Assembly (NCBI GenBank): GCA_044228405.1
Contig: JBGAUX010000001.1
Location: forward strand, 21,414 to 85,413
Reading direction: 5' to 3'
DNA length: 64,000 nucleotides
Source: Candidatus Altimarinota bacterium
GTDB taxonomy: Bacteria; Patescibacteriota; Gracilibacteria; UBA1369; JBGAUX01
Shown: positions 57,773-64,000 of the stretch, in pieces
Position numbering within the stretch: the first letter of the stretch is position 1
Layout: every line of letters begins with the position of its first letter
The notes under the pieces: generated by a model
The model's input: only the letters and a program-made list of their open reading frames with translations
Database searches by the model: none
What the model was told of the DNA's origin: nothing
Translations under genes and position numbers: made by a program

Positions 57773-58393
57773 TTAAAGACTTATTCCTAAAACAATTGCC
57801 ACCATTTGCCCAATAAAGCCTGCCAAAACAGGAACAGTTAAATTGTCATCTAATTTATGGGTAGTCACTTCTGTTATACTGGCTGTGAGAGCCATTAAAA
57901 CAGCTATAAACGGTTGACTAGTCAAAAAGAAAAACGCCACTATCAAATTGGCAACCAAGCCAGCCATAAAGCCAACATAGGTTTTGTTTTTAAGTATTTT
58001 TTTCTCTCCAAATGCGATTCCAAAAATAGAAGAAGCAAAATCCCCAAAAGCCACAAATAGTAAAGCCGCAATGGCGATTGGGTAGTCAAAAATTGCGAAA
58101 CAAATAATCACACTAATTGTAAAGTACATCGCACCATGAAAGTTTTTTTCCTCTCTTTTCCTCAATAAAAACTTCAAGATTTTTGGTACTTTTACACCGT
58201 ATTCAATACGCAAATATTCAAGTTGTAAAAACACCACAAAAATTCCCACCGCAACTAAAAGCGCAGTGCGTTGAGAATAAGTGTGCAACAAATAAACATA
58301 CAGCATCACACCAGGCACTTGCAGCAAATGAAAGAGCTTTCGCTTTAATTCTTTACGCAAAGTCTGCTGACGATGACTCAAAACGATATTCAT
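57773..58393 (-). CDS. CTP-dependent polyprenol/phytol kinase or CdsA-related membrane protein
   Basis: Six to seven TM helices. The motifs FGDFASSIFGIAFGEKKI and TEVTTHKLDDNLTVP resemble the SEC59/DGK1/VTE5 and cytidylyltransferase family. Confidence 0.55.
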   Translation of the reverse strand: MNIVLSHRQQTLRKELKRKLFHLLQVPGVMLYVYLLHTYSQRTALLVAVGIFVVFLQLEYLRIEYGVKVPKILKFLLRKREEKNFHGAMYFTISVIICFAIFDYPIAIAALLFVAFGDFASSIFGIAFGEKKILKNKTYVGFMAGLVANLIVAFFFLTSQPFIAVLMALTASITEVTTHKLDDNLTVPVLAGFIGQMVAIVLGISL

Positions 58394-58404
58394 AAGTTTA
58401 CAAA

Positions 58405-61400
58405 TTAAGGCAACACCTTAAATATTCCTCCGTTTGTTTGGCCAAAAACTTCTGGCACATACATTTCTTGAGCTCTAGCCGGTAGATCAATAAACTCACC
58501 AGTTGTAGTCGCCCTTAGGTAATATTCAATTTCGTAAACGCCTCTAGGTAAAAAGTCTGCAAAATAAACCACGCGATCATCTCTAAACTCAGTATGATTA
58601 AAGTGCCACAAATTATTCCACCAATTAAAGCTGCTTTGCTCCTCTTGTAAGCCTTGCTCAGAAGTTTTCAGCGTAGAATCAATCGGTTCAAGCCCCGCAG
58701 GTATAAAGTCCTCAACAGACACATAATATCGATTCTCAGGCACAACCACAGTCATTTTTGCCTTAATGTTTTTGCCAGCTGGAATTTGATTAATCGTATC
58801 TTTTTCCTCAGTATCATTTATATCAAAGTATTCTTGGTACACAACAAGACCTTCGTTTCTATATTCAATTTTATCAATCGGTAAGAAATATTTTAGCACC
58901 ATATCGTAGTAAAGTTTTCCAACACCACTCAAAGTAAACGCGATCTCATTGTTTTCATCCAACTCATCTACGGCAATAGTTTTTTCAAAAGCATCAATTG
59001 AATCAGGCGTATAAAATTTAGTTATTAGATTATTTTTATTAACATCCATCTTCGCTTCAAAGTTAGGATTCGCCTCTCCAGAAGTTTTTACATACTCCAG
59101 TAAAGCGCCTATAACAGTTGATGTTTCCTGAGTAGTTTCCCAGTTAAAGCCTTTTCTTTCGTTTAATAAAAAGTGAACAATTTTTTCGTTGATAGGATTT
59201 TGCGCATCAAGCCTACTTAACATCTGCAAAACCAATGCAGTCGTTCGAGTGTCTGTATCAAAAATACTGTAAAAATGATCCTTTTCCTTAAAGCTCACAC
59301 CTCTAGGCGTATCTTCCTTTAACAATACAATCTCATCTTTTAACGTGTTTGCCTTGTTTAAAGCGCCAGTTTTTTGGAATGTCATAGCCAAATATGTCTT
59401 GCCCAATAGATTCAACTTTTCCTTGTGATTGTCGTATAAGTTATTAGCCAAACCAGTATCTGCTTGGTCTAGTTCGCTCAAAACAAACAATATGAAAGCA
59501 CGAGTATTCGCGTCTAGTTCATCGTTTTCATTATCCAACAAAGAGGTATTATTCATATCTTTTTTAAGGAACGAAACAGCATTATTAATCACACCATCAT
59601 CCACAACATACCCAGCTTTTTTAGCCTCATTCAAAGCCAAAACAACTTGTGCACTAATATAGCTAGAAGTTTTGCTGCCAATCCAAAAGCCCCATCCACC
59701 ATTAGCTTGTTGCGACGCATAAAGGTTTTGAATGCCAGCATTTACATTTGCATCCAGCGTTTTAACATCAACAGAATCTGCAGGAATAATTGGTAACTCC
59801 ATCATTTGCTTCATTTTCACATTAGGAAGCAAAACACTGGCAACCTGCTCGGCGCTAGTATAAGGAGTGTAATTGATTTCCCTTAGTGCATATTGAACAC
59901 TTGTAATAAATGTCGGCGCAATTTTTATAGTCAATTCACTTAAAGATTTCTCAATAGAATCAGGAATAATTACATATTCCAATTCAGTAATATTCTCATT
60001 AACACTGCCAGAAGTAGCTACATATTCAGCAAAACTTGTACCTTGCAATGGAATCGTTACATCAACTTGATCGCCCAAGTCTGTGCCCTTAGAGTCCTTC
60101 GCTCCAATGCTAAATTTAATATCTTTAGCAACCAATGTATCTGGCGCCACCACAGCCCAAGTAACCTTTTGTTGACCATTTGCAGGAATAGTAACTTTTT
60201 GATTTTCATTTGAAACGCTCATGTGTTCTGCGTTCAAATAAGTATCTACAGCCACATCTTTATCAGTATTATTATTGATGATAACCGCTGCATCAAAACT
60301 ATCTTTTACCGAAATGAATCTAGGTAAAGCCGGTCTTATCATCACATCTTTTTGAGTTTTAAAACTAATTCTTTCGCTACCAACCAAGGTGTTTCGACTT
60401 ACAGCAACTGCCAAAACTTCCCAGCTAGTTAAGTTGTCAGGCAAAGTGAATTTAACTTGTCCTTGTCCTTTTGCATTAGTTTGAAGGTTCGCCTCCCAAA
60501 AAGCAGTGTCTTTAAATGTAGATCGTTTAGCCGTAAATCCACCGCCACCACCTTTAAGGCCAGCTTCTATTTGAACATTAATTCTCGAAAGCGCCTGACT
60601 CATTGTGTAGGCAGATTCAACACCCAAAGCTCTATTTCTATAAAAAGTGTTAAGCAAGTCGGCCACAAATTTATCAGTTAACGAAAGCACGCTTTCATCA
60701 ACCACCGAAACAGAAACCTCAGCACCAACAGGGTTACCATTAACATCTTTAGTGCTTACATCCACAGTAACTTCCTCTCCAGGTAAAAATCTTTGATTAG
60801 CATCTTTATTTAATTTCAAGCCAACATTCAATTTTTTCAATTCAGTATTCACTTGCAAAGTTGTGTAGCCAACCTTAAAGGCAGCAACTTCTCTTTCATT
60901 CTCACTATCTTCTAGTTCTGGTAGGCCAGCAGTAGAATTACTACCTTTAAAGATTGCCACCGAAACAAACATATTAGGCAAGAAGTCTTCATTAATAGGC
61001 ACTTCAATAGTTGTAGAATTAGAATCAAGTTTAATTACTTTCTTCGATTCAACATTTTCTCGTTCGTAAGTTAACAAAGCATAAGCCCCTTCAAATGGTG
61101 ATTTAATCAATAGTTTTGCAGTGTCACCAACCTTGTACTCTTGTTTATCCGGAATAATTTCAATACGATCATTGTTATCAAATCCCCAATAAACAAAGTC
61201 GTTTGAAGAAACATAGCTATTAGTAGAAGCTACAATCTCATTTCCGCCCTTGTCCTTACTTTTAGCAATTAAATGATATAAGCCGCCTTTATCAACTTTA
61301 AACTTCACAGAGGTCTTACCTTGATCGTCTGAGGTGCCATCTTCGCTATCAACATAAGTGTCTTCATATTCATTTTCATAATAAAAGCCTCCATCAACAT

Positions 61401-64000
61401 TTTTCTTTTTTACTGTATTCCATTCTCGTTCGTACAAACTAACTTCAACATCAACTCCTTTTAGAGGGTTGCCATCATAATCAACAGCAACTAATTTTAG
61501 TTCCATATCTTCGCCAACTTTCACCACATAATCATCGTTTGCAATACCAACATAATATTGTCCTTGATGCACAGGAACACTAATTCTGTTTGAAACACTT
61601 TGATTATTGTTGTCCAAAATTGTAGCTTCCACAGTGTAAAATTGACTCACTTTCTTTTCCTTCAAATTCGCATCTACAGACAAAGTCAAATGACCATTTT
61701 CATCTAATTTGCCTTTTCCTTGAGTCACAACATCGCTGGAACTTCCACATCCCCAATAACAAAAGTATCCATCTTCAGAAAAACTATACCAAGCATCGCC
61801 TTCATAGTTATTAAAGTAATAGTCTTCAGATTTAACAGTCCACTCAACCTCGGCATTTGGCATACTAGCGCCAAAAAAGTATTCACCACTTATATCAACA
61901 TTAATCTTTTCACCTTGTACATAATTTTCTTTGTCCGGTTTTAATTGCACCAAGTATTCTGGTTTTTTGTATTCATTTACATAAAACTCACCGTTCACAT
62001 AATGCTGTTCGCCATTTGGAGCTGGTAAAATTGCCTCAATAGAATATCGGCCTGTAGCAGCTTGATTAGCCAAAACAAAATCAGAATTAAAGCTACCATT
62101 AGCGCTAATAGCCAAATCTTTTTCAAAAACAGTTTGACCCAAAGTATCCACAATCTTCACCTTATTGCTCTTTAAGCTTGGCAATTTCAAGTCGTTATTA
62201 CCCGCTTCTCTAATAATACCTTTAAACGAAACCGTGTCCCCCGGCCGATAAATTGGCCTGTCAGTGTAAACGGTAGCGTAATATGGAATAGGTAAATAAG
62301 AAGTTGATAAATTGAAATTCCACGAAGCAACACCATCCGACCAAGTATTAGAAACAAAAGCAAAGTCGCTATTGGTTCGCCCAAAAACATGAATATCCGG
62401 ATGATTGTAATTGGAGCTAGAAGTAGGGTCGCTTATTTTAGCTTGATACAAACCGTCGCTATTGGTTACGCCTTCAGCCAAAACTTTTCCTGCACGATCA
62501 CGCACGCTAATGCTAACATTAGCAGTTGGTTGACCAGAATTCATAGAAGTAGCCCAAACTAAAACTTCATTTTTAGAATGCTTATAAGTAAGTGCATTTT
62601 CACTAGCAATAAATACAACTTTTTGAGTCATCGGCTTGCCAGAAAAGTCTTTAATTTCAGGTGAAACAGCTTCTAAATAATAAATTCCAGGCGTAATTTT
62701 TTTGTTGAAAATCTTTTCCAAATCCAAGCGAGTAAACTGTTTTTTATTGAATTCATACTGCAAATTAACTTCAGCATTCTCAAGTGGTCCTTCAATTTGA
62801 TTGCTGTATAAATTCAAATAACCGTCACCATAAACCTTTAAAAATTCTTCCTCCGATAATTGCTTTAAGCCAAGATTGAGTTTTTTTGCGTTGGTAGAGC
62901 GTGCAAAAAACTCAATAGGTTTGTAAGCATTTAGTATGTTCACAGCATAAGAAGAAGCAATATCAAAGGTTGGTTTAGCTTGTGCACTAGTGAAAGCCAA
63001 AGTTTTATTACCAGTTATTTTTTGCCCAAATTGGTCTTCCAAGTCGGAGCTAAGCTCAACTGTATAACTAGTAGAAGGTTGAATAACATTATAGATATAA
63101 ATGTTAGTTGGATCATAATCGCTACGAGTGTAGTTTACTTCTACATCCTTTTCTAAGGGGCTGATTTTAATTAATTTTGCCAATTCCTCCGGTTCATAAT
63201 CTTTAATAGGATTAGCAAATGTAAGCGCAATATATGAATCCTCAGCTTGTGCATTTCCGGCCAAAGGTAATGTTGATACTAAGCTAAAAGGCTCAGGAGT
63301 TCGCACCAAAAACCTACTTTGACTACCCAACTTTAAGGTGCCTTGTTGTGCCTGTAAATTTTCATCTAAGCTCAACAAATAAAGAGAATCCAACTCTAAA
63401 GCTTGCTTAGTTTTAACATCCAAATAATTTTTTGAAGTATCCTCTTTTAGGCCGTGCTTAGTCAATAATTGGTCCTCTTGTTCGGCATTTGAAAAGTCGT
63501 GATAACTCACATCAAATGCAACTTCTTCAGCTTTCGCCATCATCAACTGGTCCTCGCTAACATCTGGTATAAATGATTGTTTTTGCGTAGCAGGCAAAAG
63601 CTTTTTTAATTCATCATTATTAATTTTATACATATGCGCGCCCTGTTTGAATTTACTCAAATCCATTGGTTGATTAAAGCCAACAGTTAGTTGAGGATTC
63701 TGGCTGTTTTTAGAATAATAGTTAATAACACTTTTTGTGTTGCTACTCTTGCTTAAAAAGAAAGCATCTGCCGATTGATAAGCAACCACTTTAGGTGAAA
63801 CAGTAGAGAATTTTGTTAGATATTCCTGTTCTGTATACCCGCCATCTTGCGCTTCCAGACCCTTCTCAAGCTTAATTGAGTAGTCAGTTGAGTAGTCGAG
63901 TTTTTCAGGAATAAATTGAAACGAAGAAGTACCCAAAAATTTAACACGACCATCAACTTTAGGTTCAATACTAATCCCCATCTTATCAAGGTCATAGCTT
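58405..64000 (-). CDS. Bacterial alpha-2-macroglobulin family protein, partial (N-terminus off the window)
   Basis: More than 1860 aa. The frame stays open upstream of the track ATG at 63981 up to the window edge. It has repeated MG/Ig-like domains and a helical TED-like region (GGWGFW...). The thioester-site equivalent reads YTPYTSAEQ rather than the canonical C-x-E-Q. Confidence 0.85.
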   Translation of the reverse strand, partial: SYDLDKMGISIEPKVDGRVKFLGTSSFQFIPEKLDYSTDYSIKLEKGLEAQDGGYTEQEYLTKFSTVSPKVVAYQSADAFFLSKSSNTKSVINYYSKNSQNPQLTVGFNQPMDLSKFKQGAHMYKINNDELKKLLPATQKQSFIPDVSEDQLMMAKAEEVAFDVSYHDFSNAEQEDQLLTKHGLKEDTSKNYLDVKTKQALELDSLYLLSLDENLQAQQGTLKLGSQSRFLVRTPEPFSLVSTLPLAGNAQAEDSYIALTFANPIKDYEPEELAKLIKISPLEKDVEVNYTRSDYDPTNIYIYNVIQPSTSYTVELSSDLEDQFGQKITGNKTLAFTSAQAKPTFDIASSYAVNILNAYKPIEFFARSTNAKKLNLGLKQLSEEEFLKVYGDGYLNLYSNQIEGPLENAEVNLQYEFNKKQFTRLDLEKIFNKKITPGIYYLEAVSPEIKDFSGKPMTQKVVFIASENALTYKHSKNEVLVWATSMNSGQPTANVSISVRDRAGKVLAEGVTNSDGLYQAKISDPTSSSNYNHPDIHVFGRTNSDFAFVSNTWSDGVASWNFNLSTSYLPIPYYATVYTDRPIYRPGDTVSFKGIIREAGNNDLKLPSLKSNKVKIVDTLGQTVFEKDLAISANGSFNSDFVLANQAATGRYSIEAILPAPNGEQHYVNGEFYVNEYKKPEYLVQLKPDKENYVQGEKINVDISGEYFFGASMPNAEVEWTVKSEDYYFNNYEGDAWYSFSEDGYFCYWGCGSSSDVVTQGKGKLDENGHLTLSVDANLKEKKVSQFYTVEATILDNNNQSVSNRISVPVHQGQYYVGIANDDYVVKVGEDMELKLVAVDYDGNPLKGVDVEVSLYEREWNTVKKKNVDGGFYYENEYEDTYVDSEDGTSDDQGKTSVKFKVDKGGLYHLIAKSKDKGGNEIVASTNSYVSSNDFVYWGFDNNDRIEIIPDKQEYKVGDTAKLLIKSPFEGAYALLTYERENVESKKVIKLDSNSTTIEVPINEDFLPNMFVSVAIFKGSNSTAGLPELEDSENEREVAAFKVGYTTLQVNTELKKLNVGLKLNKDANQRFLPGEEVTVDVSTKDVNGNPVGAEVSVSVVDESVLSLTDKFVADLLNTFYRNRALGVESAYTMSQALSRINVQIEAGLKGGGGGFTAKRSTFKDTAFWEANLQTNAKGQGQVKFTLPDNLTSWEVLAVAVSRNTLVGSERISFKTQKDVMIRPALPRFISVKDSFDAAVIINNNTDKDVAVDTYLNAEHMSVSNENQKVTIPANGQQKVTWAVVAPDTLVAKDIKFSIGAKDSKGTDLGDQVDVTIPLQGTSFAEYVATSGSVNENITELEYVIIPDSIEKSLSELTIKIAPTFITSVQYALREINYTPYTSAEQVASVLLPNVKMKQMMELPIIPADSVDVKTLDANVNAGIQNLYASQQANGGWGFWIGSKTSSYISAQVVLALNEAKKAGYVVDDGVINNAVSFLKKDMNNTSLLDNENDELDANTRAFILFVLSELDQADTGLANNLYDNHKEKLNLLGKTYLAMTFQKTGALNKANTLKDEIVLLKEDTPRGVSFKEKDHFYSIFDTDTRTTALVLQMLSRLDAQNPINEKIVHFLLNERKGFNWETTQETSTVIGALLEYVKTSGEANPNFEAKMDVNKNNLITKFYTPDSIDAFEKTIAVDELDENNEIAFTLSGVGKLYYDMVLKYFLPIDKIEYRNEGLVVYQEYFDINDTEEKDTINQIPAGKNIKAKMTVVVPENRYYVSVEDFIPAGLEPIDSTLKTSEQGLQEEQSSFNWWNNLWHFNHTEFRDDRVVYFADFLPRGVYEIEYYLRATTTGEFIDLPARAQEMYVPEVFGQTNGGIFKVLP

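Noticed and set aside
1-64000. Alternative genetic code (UGA recoding, as in some candidate phyla)
   Set aside because: All recognisable genes translate full length under the standard code, with no apparent in-frame TGA interruptions.

Overview
AT-rich, very gene-dense bacterial chromosomal segment read with the standard genetic code. It holds about 55 CDS, and many junctions are only 0-15 nt or overlap as ATGA or TAATG. I saw no rRNA, CRISPR array, transposase or prophage.

Most of the window is core housekeeping:
- A long minus-strand lysine/DAP block runs lysK, aminotransferase, lysC, asd, dapB, dapA, lysA, dapL-like. It continues directly into DUF4012, guaA and two DUF881 genes.
- Replication, recombination and competence genes: dnaB, comM/yifB, a ComEC-like MBL protein, pcrA, xerC/D, dprA, pilB, recA, recX.
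- Transcription and nucleotide control: nusA, nrdR, a dGTPase-like gene, nadK.
- Envelope genes: murA, an L,D-transpeptidase, an S41 protease, and surface proteins with PEGA, SLH, FN3-LPXTG and FG-GAP domains, plus a giant alpha-2-macroglobulin.
- Central metabolism: ppdK, gdh.

A small accessory patch lies around 32.7-34.3 kb. It contains a RelE/YafQ-type toxin-antitoxin pair beside two divergent tRNA-Ser genes.

The gene content suggests an uncultivated, reduced-genome lineage such as CPR/Patescibacteria (for example Peregrinibacteria). The supporting features are class I LysRS, DUF4012, the DUF881 pair, many orphan small proteins and a competence gene set. This placement is inference only.

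The most unusual signal is that both basic-amino-acid tRNA synthetases carry paralogous ~225-aa modules resembling the PheRS-beta B3/4 editing domain. The module is C-terminal on class I LysRS and N-terminal on ArgRS. Secondary leads:
- a promoter plus long terminator hairpin leader just upstream of lysC that does not look like an L-box
- an alpha-2-macroglobulin whose thioester Cys appears replaced by Ser
- a repeated TTTGGACA operator-like array in front of a membrane-anchored HTH protein
- a pseudo-receiver OmpR-type regulator

All domain calls come from by-eye motif recognition. No searches were run.
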